Below, piece by piece: positions 22,750 to 34,932 of a stretch of DNA of 64,000 nucleotides (its first letter is position 1; each line of letters opens with the position of its first letter). This DNA comes from Macrostomum lignano (taxonomy: Eukaryota). The stretch spans positions 310,001-374,000 of the forward strand of contig NIVC01000319.1 of assembly GCA_002269645.1 (NCBI GenBank), given 5' to 3'. The notes below the pieces were generated by a model. The model had not been told where the DNA came from. It saw only the letters and a program-made list of their open reading frames with translations, and did no database searches. A program made the position numbers and the translations under genes.

Positions 22750-24163
22750 GAATCTGGGTTAGCGCTACCCAGGTCAAAAGCCATGCAGACCTGCTCAACA
22801 CGATCCAAGGCAGAGCGTGTAGGCTCATCTGCAACGCCACCAGGTCCACGCCCTTTGCTGGCATGGGGGCCTTCCTTAATCTTCCGCCTCTTGACCTCTT
22901 CATCAGGGGTGAGGCGGCTAGAACGACGCGGCGTCTAATTGATGCCGGCGTCAAATTCATTTACATGAGAGCACCTGCTAAGCGGAACCTTGTCCCGCAT
23001 AGCGATCTGTGCCTCAACTTTCTCAACGAGTGTCAGGCCAATCGCGTCTTCACCGATGGCATTGCCTCAACGCTCAACCTGAGACAGCGCTACTCCGTAG
23101 CTATCGACTCGCGCGATAATATCAATGACCATTGGAACCCTGGTGAGCTTCATTGCTACACCGACGGTTCTAAGCAGTCAGCCAACACCGGCTTTGGTGT
23201 TGGAATCTTTCTGAACGGGAGGGTCATCGCTACCCACGCTCAATACACTGGGGTCAACTCCAGTGTTTTCCAAAATGAAGTTCTGGCCATCAGCTCCTGC
23301 ACTGCAGAGCTTCTCGCCACTGGCGTTACTGGTAAGAACATCATTTTCCATTCGGACAGCCAAGCTGCCTTGCACGCCATCAGTGGCTGCAGCACCAACT
23401 CTGCTACAGTCCTTGACTGTATCAAACTCCTCAATGTGTTGGGTTCCGCCAACAAAATTACCCTTAAGTGGGTTCCGGGGCATGTGGGGATCCGAGGAAA
23501 TGAGTTGGCTGACACCCTTGCAAAAGTTGGTGCCTCCGGCTCCTCTCTCGGCCCCGAACCTCTTGTCCCGATTCCTGGCTGTGTCATCGACTCACGCATC
23601 AAAGCGTGGATCAGGACTCAGCACCGCTCGACTTGGGCGAACCGCACGAACTGCAGGCAATCCAGAGGCGCTGTCCCTCAGCCCTCTCACCAGCTCCGGA
23701 AGCTCCTCTTGCGCCTCTCGCGCAGAGACATCCGGGCTGCCACCATGACCCTCTCTGGTCACGGCTGCTTCTCCAGGCACCAGTACCTGCAGGGCAACGC
23801 CACCAACGCCACCTGTAGTTTCTTCAACTCAGGTGACGAAACCGCTGAGCATTTCGTCAGCATCTGTCCCGCCTTCACGCGGGCCAGACTCACTTACCTC
23901 GGGCCACACACATCTATTACTGAAGCGTGCAAACCCGAAAACTTTAATCAGCTCATGCGCTACCTTCGGGCCACCCGCAGGGCTGAACTCTCCTTTCCAG
24001 AGAGCACCATAGCTGCTGGCGACACTGGGGGACCTCCCTGGGCGGCGCCAACCCTCCGTCCATAGCGACGCGTCGGCCGTTCAGGGACTAGCGGAATGGG
24101 CGCCCGCGCCTTCCCGCTGTGTCCCCTTCGGGACAGCCCTGCAGCTAAGTCAAGTAAGTCAAG
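22750..24163 (+). mobile_element. 5'-truncated non-LTR retrotransposon with RNase H (LOA/Lian-like, I group)
   Basis: Open frame 22752-24065: RT thumb (...TRSTPFAGMGAFLNLPPLDLFI), RNase H (YTDGS, QNEVLAI, HSDSQAAL, KWVPGHVGIRGNELAD), degenerate CCHC (CSFF...ETAEHFVSICP). (TAAGTCAAG)2 tail; 12-bp TSD ACCTGGTCAGTA at 22738-22749 and 24164-24175. Confidence 0.92.
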
Positions 24164-24411
24164 ACCTGGTCAGTAATTCAGTTAGCAATGCATCCCGATG
24201 CCCGCTATCCATTGAACAGCCCAGAGCACCGAAATTCCCGTTAATTCGTGTGCGAGCTCATGGGCCTGGCGACAGTCTTTTGAATTGAAACGTCCGTCAC
24301 TTTACGAGCGATGGGTATGGATTTGTCGATGTGCACTTTTTGGACATTTTTTCTCTAGCTCAATTGTCTAGTGTACGAGCTATTTATATCTACATTATTC
24401 CCAACTGCCAT

Positions 24412-24607
24412 GGGGCTGGTTGTAGCCTAGTGGTTAGTTGTCGGACTCACGACTGAAAGGTCGGAAGTTCGAATCCCGAGCCACTCGGAACAATTTGTGT
24501 TCTTGAGTAAGACACTTAACTCTACATTTTCTCCAGTTCACCCAGCTGTAAAATGGGTGCCATCATTAGCTGAGTTAATTGAGGGTGCGTGTTGTTGTTG
24601 TTGTTGT
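24412..24607 (+). mobile_element. tRNA-derived SINE with CORE/Deu-like body and (GTT)n tail
   Basis: A box TAGCCTAGTGG, B box GTTCGAATCCC (24467), body CTTGAGTAAGACACTTAAC...CACCCAGCTGTAAAATGGGT, tail GCGTGTTGTTGTTGTTGTTG. Confidence 0.8.
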
Positions 24608-25332
24608 CATTAGGATGAAACTAAGTGTTGTCTATTTGTCTCAGGAACTGTCACATCCTGCAAATGAAACTGGACAGCTTATATGCCCAAGATCAACTTG
24701 GAAATTAATGTCAACAGGCTCCTTTCTTGCGACTGTAATTTGCATTGCGGCTCAATGACTCAATACAAAGCACTCAATACAATACAAGTAACTTTTCCTC
24801 CGTGAATCGTCTACATGTATGCATGTATAACTGGTTACGTTTGGTTTTGTTACCTGTAAGCAGTGCCCCTTTCGGGGCGACGTTTGCCCTCGTACGGTGG
24901 TTAATGACCGCTCGGGCACTGCCCGTTTGCGCTCTCTCCCTGGCTCTGTCCACTTTGTGTGCCATATGTACTTTCTCTCCCTCGGTCGCGCCCCTCCCTC
25001 TCCGTCTCTTTGCCCCACGCGCACCCACCTCCCCCGATCTGGTTTTAAGGCCTTCTTGGGTTGCAATAATTACATACAAATTATTAGTATAGGAGCTCTT
25101 AGAACTTTCAATTTAGTTTACTTTTTCAAGGCGATTGTAAAAACTGTTTAAAATCAAGCAAAGCTTTTCATGGCCTGCTGGAAGCTTCTTTATTTTGTCT
25201 TTTTACAAGTTTAAATAATTCAGAGCAGCAACAAACTATGATTGCTACTGATAAAGGCAATACAAGTAGTATAATTGAGAACATAATGGAGTAAAAAAAA
25301 TAGATGAGGTAGAGGCTAGAATGACATGATTA

Positions 25333-27247
25333 CACCATTTTACCCTCGACCCCGAACAAGGAGAACCTCGAAACTGACAAACTCCTCTTCAATATTGACA
25401 CTCCATGGTCGAGCACTCAAAATCCACAATCAATATCGACAGATCAAGCTTCAATTTTGACAAACTCTGGTTCAATTTTGACAATGCACGTTTAGTCAAC
25501 TTCTCCTGGGAGAATTCGGTAACAAATTAATCCAATGAAAGCCTGAACGGGGCTGAAGTGAGCTGTGCAAAATCAGCTTATTCTGACTTTGCTTTTTGGA
25601 TCTACAAGTATTGATAAAATTTATTTTTCTCTATCCTTTACACACACAGACTAAAATAGCCTGACTGGTTGGGCTGCAAAGTCTGATTCTATTTTGACAG
25701 AGTTGCTTCAAAACTGAAACTCTATGGTTTGTGTACCCAAAAAGTCCGCTTCATTTTTGACAACTCCGAATCAACATCGAACAGTTTACAATCGATTTTG
25801 ACTAAGATGAATCTTTCTATCCAGGGATGCTTGCTAGAGTCCCTGCTCTCTCAAGGGACTCTAGCAAAAGGCCGGTCATTTAACATCCCAAGACAGCAAG
25901 CATCCACCCAGATAGCAAGCATCCACCCAGATAGCAAGCATCCACCCAGATAGCAAGCATCCACCCAGATAGCAAGCATCCACCCAGATAGCAAGCATCC
26001 ACCCAGATAGCAAGCATCCACCCAGATAGCAAGCATCCACCCAGATAGCAAGCATCTTGCAGATAGCAAGCATCATCCAGGTAGCAAACATCCACCCAGA
26101 TAGCAAGCATCCACCCAGATAGCAAGCATCCACCCAGATAGCAAGCATCCACCCAGATAGCAAGCATCCACCCAGATAGCAAGCATCCACCCAGATAGCA
26201 AGCATCCACCCAGATAGCAAGCATCCACCCAGATAGCAAGCATCCACCCAGATAGCAAGCATCCACCCAGATAGCAAGCATCCACCCAGATAGCAAGCAT
26301 CCACCCAGATAGCAAGCATCCACCCAGATAGCAAGCATCCACCCAGATAGCAAGCATCCACCCAGATAGCAAGCATCTTGCAGATAGCAAGCATCATCCA
26401 GGTAGCAAACATCCACCCAGATAGCAAGCATCATCCAGATAGCAAGCATCCACCCAGATAGCAAGCATCCACCCAGATAGCAAGCATCCACCCAGATAGA
26501 AGCATCCACCCAGATAGCAAGCATCCACCCAGATAGAAGCATCCACCCAGATAGCAAGCATCTTGCAGATAGCAAGCATCTTGCAGATAGCAAGCATCAT
26601 CCAGGTAGCAAACATCCACCCAGATAGCAAGCATACCTGGATAGAAAGATTCCTATACATGTACTCGTCGATACATGCAGCCAGTACCCCTTCTCCCAAA
26701 TAGCCAAGTATCCCCCCCCCTACTCAAGAGAGAAATCTTAGTAAAAATTGTCAAAATCTATTTCAAAAAATGTCTTAGTCAAAATCGATTGTAAACTGTT
26801 CGATATTGATTCGGAGTTGTCAAAAATGAAGCGGACTTTTTGGGTACACAAACCATAGAGTGTCAGTTTTGAAGCAACTCTGTCAAAATAGAATCAGACT
26901 TTGCAGCCCAACCAGTCAGGCTATTTTAGTCTGTGTGTGTAAAGGATAGAGAAAAATAAATTTTATCAATACTTGTAGATCCAAAAAGCAAAGTCAGAAT
27001 AAGCTGATTTTGCACAGCTCACTTCAGCCCCGTTCAGGCTTTCATTGGATTAATTTGTTACCGAATTCTCCCAGGAGAAGTTGACTAAACGTGCATTGTC
27101 AAAATTGAACCAGAGTTTGTCAAAATTGAAGCTTGATCTGTCGATATTGATTGTAGATTTTGAGTGCTCGACCATAGAGTGTCAATATTGAAGAGGAGTT
27201 TGTCAGTCTCGAAGTTCTCCCTGCTCAAAATCGAGGGTAAAATGGTG
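25333..27247. mobile_element. Non-autonomous DNA element with about 475-bp near-identical TIRs, TA TSD and a minisatellite core
   Basis: 25333-about 25808 is the reverse complement of about 26775-27247 (TA|CACCATTTTACCCTCGA ... TCGAGGGTAAAATGGTG|TA); no transposase. Confidence 0.9.
25890..26640. repeat. 19-bp minisatellite inside the long-TIR element
   Basis: CATCCACCCAGATAGCAAG, about 39 copies; the same unit occurs in opposite orientation at 51420-52130. Confidence 0.97.
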
Positions 27248-27485
27248 TAATAGCGAGGTAGATATTTAATTCAAAGCGCTTCTTTTAGAAGCAAAAAACG
27301 ATTGCACGGAAGAAGCTGATTAGCTGAGGCCAATATTTACAGAAAAGCCTGAAGCTCGCGAACCAAGCATTGAGCATGCGCGATCGATGAGGTCAAAAGC
27401 TGATTGTCTCAATGAGAACTGCCGACAGTGCTGAGGCAGCCCTGCGGGGGGCTCAAGCGGCACAATGCACTGTCAGCTCTGCCGC

Positions 27486-30400
27486 TCAGTCCTGCCTGAA
27501 TGAGTGCCCGCGCTGGAACATGCGGATAAACGACCGACGGTGACCGGAAGTACCGGAGGCCGAGCCGGAATTCGATCTGCCGTGCTGCTGCTGCTGCAAC
27601 CTTCGGGAGCCGTCCAGTTGCTCCGCGATCTCGCGAAACGCGCCGGTCTTCCAGTGGTCAACCTCCGTGTAGTTCAGCTGGGGAGCGCCAGCAGCCACCG
27701 GGGTCGCGGAGGCCATCGCCAGAGCTGGCTGGGCAGCAGCCGCCGAGTGGTCCAGCGTCGCGTACAGCAGTGTCGAGGTGTCGCCGGCAGCTGAAGTCGC
27801 TGAGGGCGCCGACCGGCACGGGTCAGCTGGGCGGTGGGCCGCGCTTTCGGCGGGCTTCTTGCTGAGCGGTGCGGGATTCGGCAGACTTGCATGGCAGCCG
27901 CTTGCCGCCGACAGGGAGGCGACGCGCTGCCTGCTGACGTACTCGAAGCCGTGGCGCGGGTTGCGCACGCGAAAGTCGTCGGAGGTGGCGGCGCTGCCAG
28001 AGCTGCTGAAGCCGCCGTCAGCCGCTGGGTCGCGGCAGTTCGAGCGGCAGCCGCAGGAGCTGCAGCAGCTGCTGGCGGAGCCGCACAGGTCGGAGCTGGA
28101 GCGGACCAGCCGCCGGTAGCCGTTGGCGGGGCCCGGCGGGTCCGCCTGCTGCGAGTTCTGCAAATTTTATCAATTCGAATTCAGCCTGCTGCAGCGCTCC
28201 TTATGGATGCAGTGCAAAAGCAAAATTGGTCTGCTTCAAGAGCCAGAACCAACAGTATGAAAAGTCTCGCGGCTTTCAGTTGCCATGGCTACCATATGAG
28301 TCACAAACCTGTCGCCGACGCCAAGTCAGACTGGCCAGCCTCAGTTTGGACATCGCCGCAGCCGCAGTTGGTGGAGCGCTGCCGACACCGGCAGGCAGGT
28401 TGCAGTAATCCCGACTGCCGCAAGGCTTCAGCAAGGTGCACAAGGTGAAGTAACTGGGCAAGCCGCCGCTGTAGCCGCTGTCCGCCGTCCACTGGCCGAG
28501 CTGCTGCTGCGCCTTCAGCTGCTGCTCCTCGCCGCTCACTTGGCCAGCAGCCGGGTTGTGGCAGCGGCAGCGACAGCGCTGCAGATCCCACAGCCTGCGA
28601 CTGGCGCACCGGTTCCGACACCGGTTACCCGTTCCCGGTTCCGGCTGCTGCTGACTGTCGGCTCGCGGCTTCGGGATGTCGATGCTGCTGCTGGCGGTTG
28701 GCCGGCGCGGATCGGCGACCTCGACAGTGGAGCCTAGGAAGGCGTTGTTGGGATGACAAGAGGATTATGGGGAAATTATGGGGGAACACACTAGCGAGCA
28801 TGTGGCCAGCTGTGCAGTCACATCAACACAATGGCTAGCGGTGTCTACCATAGTTAGAGATCTGAGGCCAAAATGATTAACATAAAAGTACACAATGATC
28901 AACATAAAAGTACACAATTATTAGCATAAAAGTACACAATTATCAGCATAAAAGTACAAAATTATCATAATAAAAGTACACAATCATCATAATAAAAGTA
29001 CACAACGATCAGTATAAAAGTACACAATGATCAGTATAAAAGTACACAATAATCAGTGTAAAAGTACAAAATGATAAGTGTAATTCTCAGCTCACCCTGA
29101 GCCAGCGAGGGCAGCGGCTTGCTAACGCAGGCCGCTTTCATGTCGAGGTACAGCTGGTGCCGCCGGTCGCATTGGAAATACTGCATGCCGCGAACTGTCA
29201 AATGTCAAAAACAGACATCTAGATTTCGAGGACAGACATCTAGATTTCGAAGACAGACATCTAGATTTCGAGGACAGACATCTAGATTTCGAAGACAGAC
29301 ATCTAGATTTCGAAGACAGACATCTAGATTTCGAAGACAGACATCTAGATTTCGAGGACAGACATCTAGATTTCGAAGACAGACATCTAGATTTTGAAGA
29401 CAGACATCTAGATTTCGAGGACAGACATCTAGATTTTGAAGACAGACATCTAGATTTCGAAGACAGACATCTAGATTTAAAAAACTACTCACCCTGCCCG
29501 CAACCAACGTCGCCCTCGAACACAAAGCAGCGCATGGCCTCGTTAACCATGTAACGCTTGACGAATTGCAGCGGCCAGACGGCCAGGCCCCCGTGGGAGT
29601 CGGCCGGCTCCGAGTAGAAGCACAGCCGGGAGGGCTGCACGTGCAGTCGGCCTTCGCCGCCGCCAGATGGACACAGCTGCTGCTGGGTTGGCTTGCCGAT
29701 GGACTCGCACTTGATGAACCTGGCCCGATAGCTGGCGTCTGGGCCAGCGGGTTGGGAAGGCGGGCGGGTCATTGGGATAAGCAAGGGGGTCATTGGGATA
29801 ACCAAGGGGTCATTGGGATAACCAAGGGGTCATCGGGATAAGCAAGGGGTCATTGGGATAACCAAGAGGACATTGGGAGATTCAAGGGCAGAGAGGGTCA
29901 TTGGGATAACCAAGGGCAGAGAGGGTCATTGGGAGATTCAAGGGCAGAGAGGGGGAGATTCAAGGGCAGAGAGGGGGAGATTCAAGGGCAGAGAGGGGGA
30001 GATTCAAGGGCAGAGAGGGGGAGATTCAAGGGCAGAGAGGGGGAGATTCAAGGGCAGAGAGGGGGAGATTCAAGGGCAGAGAGGGGGAGATTCAAGGGCA
30101 GAGAGGGGGAGATTCAAGGGCAGAGAGGGGAGATTCAAGGGCAGAGAGGGGGAGATTCAAGGGCAGAGAGGGGGAGATTCAAGGACAGAGAGGGGGAGAT
30201 TCAAGGGCAGAGAGGGTCATTGGGAGATTCAAGGGCAGAGAGGATCATTGGGATAAGCAAGGGGTCATTGGAAGATTTAAGGGCAGAGAGGATCATTGGG
30301 ATAAACAAGGGGTCATTGGGAGATTCAAGGGCAGAGAGGGTCATTGGGATAAGCAAGGGGTCATTGGAAGATTCAAGGGCAGAGAGGATCATTGGGATAA

Positions 30401-33211
30401 CCAAGGGGTCATTGGGAGATTCAAGGACAGAGAGGGTGATTGGGATAAGCAAATGGTCATTGGGATAAGCAAGGGGTCATTGGGAGATTCAAGGGCAGAG
30501 ACGGTCAGTGGGATAAGCAAGGGGTCATTGGGAGATTCAAGGGCAGAGAGGGCCAGTGTGATAACCAAGGGTTACTGGGAGAATCCAATGCCATGAACAG
30601 AGATTAAACAGCTCACCTTGAACGCAGTTACTGATTTTCTCAAGCCAAAATGTCAAATCACTGTAGCTGTTGAATCCCAGCAGCAAGAGGCGATCCTCGC
30701 AGGTGAGCACGATGGCAGCCATGACTGGCGATTTGTCAGAACTGGACACAGAGTCGAGGCCATAGACAGTGTCATATGGTGCTTGGGCTGACAGGTCAGC
30801 TGATTTTTTGTAGTCGGATGCCTCTTTATAGACAAACAGCTTTACAGATCCTGGATTAGTTTGCATACAGTTTAATAATAACTAATATTAAATAGATAAA
30901 ACATTTGATAGTGCTCAATTGGCTTACCAGCAAAATCAGTTTTGGCTACCACACAAAACCGTTGCTTCCACTAAAATTAATGAAAAAGAAATAAATGAGA
31001 AACTGTTTTTCATAAGAATTCATGAAAGAGAAATATCATTAAACATAAAAAAATATAATTGTAGCATATGTAATAACATTCTATTATTGTGACAGAAATG
31101 TTGCATGATAGGCTAAAGTACAATTGGCACTAAAACTACATTCCTAGCCTTGTAAACAAACTAGCCTTAGCCTTTGTCTAAGCCTTATCCCTAGCCTTGT
31201 AAACAAGGGCTTTGCCTTTGAGTGTATCGATTCTAAATTATATACGAGTAGGTTACAAAGTATTTTAAGCCACACATAATAAGGAAGATTGACCAACTTG
31301 TCAATTATTAGTAATACCTTCCTCCAATAGCTTTGTCACATTAGCATTTTTCCTTGCCAAACATATATAAGCCGATGACATGAGTGGTAGGGGAAATGGG
31401 GACTCTGCTGCAGGAATTTCCGTGGGAAAACCACGGGCCTAAAGAGTGAACATAGAAGCCTATGTGTTTGCATGGGAGAACTCTGCCGCGGGGAAAGCCA
31501 TGAAAATAGGTGGGGACAGCCACTGTTGTATTGTACTATATGTGTATTGAGCCAACCAAAAACATGTTTGTAAATAGTAGGTTTACTAAAGTTTGTAAAC
31601 ATTTACCTCCATTTCATTTGCCTTTCATCTTAGCATCTCAGCAAAATAGTGTGAGAGGCTTTTTAGATGGCAACTGTGTTTGGTCATGAGTTCCTCTGCA
31701 CTCTAGTAAATGAACTAAATGCACTTTAGTAAGCAAATAACTTTATTGGACTGAATGTTTTGTGAAAGTGAGCTTGCAAAGCGCCATTTAATGCCTTGTT
31801 ATTTGTTGATACTGCTGATTTGGCGGCAGGGAAGTGGGGTGGGGGTCTGTAAAACTAACCAATACGAGCCTGGGGAATATTATTACTTTTGTTCAATTTG
31901 GCATGCCATAATGAAATGTCATTGGCTTTTATTATATCTATACTTAGGAAAAACTTTTGTCAGCTTATCTTTATTTTTTCTGGCTAAATTTCAAATTGTA
32001 TTTTCATCTTTAAAGGTTGCAACTAGTTTTTTACTACTTTTTATTTAGAGTTTATAGTAAACTTTGCTTTTATAAAATTGTACTTTATTTCATTCACATT
32101 TTAATGTTTTTAAAGAAAAAATACTAACCCTCATTTTAACTTTTTTCACAATTTCTACTTTTTATCAGCTTATTGGAGCATATAATATCACATAGAATGC
32201 TTATTTGTATTGTATAAAACTATCTGGACAATTTATAATGCCATCACTTTACTTTTGGAATAAAGAAAGCAAATAGTATAAACCAAATTTAACAACTTTG
32301 CATCATTATGTTATGTTTTATTTCTAGATCCTAACATTTTTTGTTCAACCTTGTTAACACATGTTGCTTGTAATATTTTAAAGACCTGATCCTGATTCCC
32401 AGATCCCAATCCTAATCCCAAAAAAATTTTCCCAATCCTGATCCTGCACAATGATTTCAATCCTATCCAACCTCTATTGATTTGTAATCATTCATTCATT
32501 ATAGTTTGACACTGCTATGAGTAAGACACTAACTCTTGGCCTTAATCTTAAAGATTGGTATATATTAGGGTTCAAAATTCCTATGACTAGGCCTAGGCCT
32601 ATTAAACTTAAAAAAAGCCACAACCAACTAACTTAAAAACCTTCCTTAGCCTTAGGATTTTATACTCTTGATCTGGACTCTTCCTCCTTTTATTTGGGTG
32701 CCAGTTGTTTGTCTGCCAACAGTTTGTCTGCTGAGCAGGCATTCCTTTCTCTTTAAATTTATTTGTCTACTGGGAAATGATGGTAGGAATGCAGAATAAG
32801 ATGGGAGCTGCCTAACAATCTCTTTGTTGATATTGGTTAAAGTGCTGCAGGCGTTGGTCTCATTGAATATGACAATATATACTAGTTATAGATACATGCC
32901 ATTAAGGAAAAGGTTTTTTATTAGAGAGGGGGAGACATGGTATGCAACAACTCTAGATTTGAACAAACACATGTCTTGCATCTAAAAATTGTTGAAAAAG
33001 AAAAACAATTTGTTAATATTTATTATCTCTAGCAAATTTTCAACTGTTTTAGTTTAAGCTTTAGTTCAAGCTACAAGACATATATCAATACTTTGGAACG
33101 TAGGCCGCGGCGGCGGCGGCCGGCCACCTATGCGCTATGCCTTACCTTCTTGTTGCTGAGTAGTTTGATTTTTCCAGAAACAACGACAGAGACGGAGTTT
33201 GTACTTGACAT
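27486..33211 (-). CDS. DOK7: DOK7-like PH + IRS-type PTB docking protein, 7 exons, 594 aa
   Basis: Exons 33211-33146, 30970-30928, 30850-30617, 29738-29493, 29194-29096, 28733-28309, 28157-27486 (1785 nt, open, GT-AG). Reads MSSTNSVSVVVSGKIKLLSNKK|WKQRFCVVAKTDFA|GSVKLFVYKE...LLLGFNSYSDLTFW...; PTB ...LAVWPLQFVKRY...CFVFEGDVGCG. Resembles DOK7 (VEGQVKLRDGKK|WKSRWLVL; IMLGFDS; FIFEGGTRCG), including the exon 1/2 break. Confidence 0.85.
28875..29075. repeat. 22-bp minisatellite in DOK7-like intron 5
   Basis: CATAAAAGTACACAATGATCA(A/G) variants, about 9 copies. Confidence 0.9.
29212..29478. repeat. 21-bp minisatellite filling DOK7-like intron 4
   Basis: GACAGACATCTAGATTTCGA(A/G), about 13 copies. 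Confidence 0.96.
29768..30575. repeat. Compound 20/23-bp minisatellite filling DOK7-like intron 3
   Basis: GGGGTCATTGGGATAA(C/G)CAA and GGGCAGAGAGGGGGAGATTCAAG units, pure and interleaved. Confidence 0.95.
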
Positions 33212-34138
33212 TTTTATATATTAAGGGGCAAAGCCTTTTATTTTCTTGCCTTTTAGTAAATTTCCGATTGTAATTTTAAACAGTTTCTTAATAAAACTAG
33301 ACCGTCTACGGGCCTAGAATTATTAATGTATAATGTGGCAAGGAATTCTAGGAAACCAGCAAATTCAAAATTTTAATTTTTGTTTTGCGGGCTAAACAAA
33401 GATTTACTTGAGCCCCTAAACTTCAAAGGGAACATAAGCTTGCTTTAAAAAAATAACGTATCCTATTAAGTTGCACTATCTAATAAGGCTTAGTGCATAC
33501 ATACGACTAGTATGGCTATGGTACGTAATGCCTAACACCACGTGAGTAAAACCAAGCTATTTTTAGAGCCGGTTATGTGGCAGTGATTCAGTGAGGCACA
33601 ACTTACTCCCGATAGGCCTATCGTTCTCGAGACTAGAATAGGGTTCTAGTCCTACCCTCCAGCCCGGAGTGACAGCTAATCCATTATGTCCTACTCAATG
33701 CTAAGGATCTGACAGCGGTGTCGGAAAATTTTTCAAAGTGGGGGGGCTATTTGGTGGGAGGGCCACATTGCATATACATTTTTGTAATCGAAGGGCACCC
33801 TAACACCTGATTTTATGTAATTTTGTGACATTGTGACAACCAGGCCAATATTCAATTCTATGTTGGAAGTCGGAAGATGCTCGAATTTTCAACTGATTCA
33901 AACATTGCGCAACGGTACTGCACTATTAATTTATCTAGTAAATATCCCAAAGGAATGAAAATTGCAAGGGCAAGACCAATCAGTTAATTTTCTGGATCTC
34001 TTGGCTACCTCCTTCAGTTCCTCTTGGCGTTGCATGCCTCTTTATTCTTTTAGCTGACGGCATTTTAATCATTTTGGTTGCAGCGCCAGCAGCGGTTTAA
34101 GTCTTGGGATTGCGGTTAGACTCGACAACCAACCTTGA

Positions 34139-34184
34139 CAACAACAACAACAACGGAACACGCGTTCAGCGCCTCAGGGCGTGC
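34139..34184 (-). mobile_element. Short 3'-terminal fragment of an RTE-like LINE with (GTT)5 tail
   Basis: Minus strand GCCCTGAGGCGCTGA (ALRR*, compare ALRRAI* at 38105-38126), then ACGCGTGTTCC and (GTT)5. Confidence 0.5.
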
Positions 34185-34931
34185 CAGCCGACGTTTGCCA
34201 GCTGACGTTTGCCAGCCGACGTTTGCCAGCTGACGTTTGCCTGCGGGACGTTTGCCAGCGGTACGTTTGCCTGCGGGATGTTTGCCTGCGGGACGTTTGC
34301 CAGCCGACGTTTGCCAGCCATGGCCAAACTCCGTTAAGCAGAGTTTGGCTTTTGAGTTAAGTATATATCAAGGACTACTCAAGTAACCAAGTACTCAAGT
34401 CCTTGGTATTGGGCGAGATTAATGCAATACCATTATGGATGTCTCAATCTTTTCCCATATTTAGCTTGTAAACACTAGTTTGTTTGGCCACTGAGATGGA
34501 AAGGGCCATTCCATGGCACAAATAGACATCAACTGTGACGATGGAATTTTTTTTTTTGTATTTTTACCTTTCTATTTAGGCAGACAAGAGCAATAACTTC
34601 AATAAGCCTGAACAGTTGTTTGTTAGTAAAACCTGTATATTTAATAGCAGTAGTAGGGAGCGAGGTGGAATTAGATTAGTGCTATGTCCACAGTTTTCAA
34701 ATGCAAGTACATGCAAGCCTAGAGAGGGCATACTTATTTAACCAATTGCCGCCTGCAAATGTCCAGCTGGCAAACGTCCCGCAGGCAAACGTCGGCTGGC
34801 AAACGTCCCGCAGGCAAACGTCGGCCGGCAAAGGTCCCGCTGGCAAACATCGGCTGGCAAACGTCGGCTGGCAAACGTCCCACTGGCAAACGTCGGCCGG
34901 CAAACGTCCGGCAAGGCAAACTTCGTAGACC
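34185..34931. mobile_element. Non-autonomous DNA element with inverted 15-bp subterminal arrays, left end truncated
   Basis: GCCGACGTTTGCCA(G) tandem at 34185-34320 and inverted GGCAAACGTC(G/C) tandem at 34760-34920, ending GGCAAACTTCGTAGACC. Confidence 0.7.
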
Positions 34932-34932
34932 C

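Noticed and set aside
24860-24922. Hammerhead ribozyme (GAAA next to stems on the minus strand); also CTGATGA at 5566 and about 61250
   Set aside because: No CUGANGA core paired with a stem II-GAAA-stem III arrangement.
31419-31428. CSL/Su(H) site CGTGGGAA in the long first intron of the DOK7-like gene
   Set aside because: A single 8-mer is expected by chance; there is no paired site or conservation evidence.
33713-34070. Possible hAT relic (CAGCGGTGTCGG end; MPSAKRIKR / QRQEELKEVAKRSRKLTDW on minus)
   Set aside because: Only a short frameshifted low-complexity match, with no second TIR or TSD.
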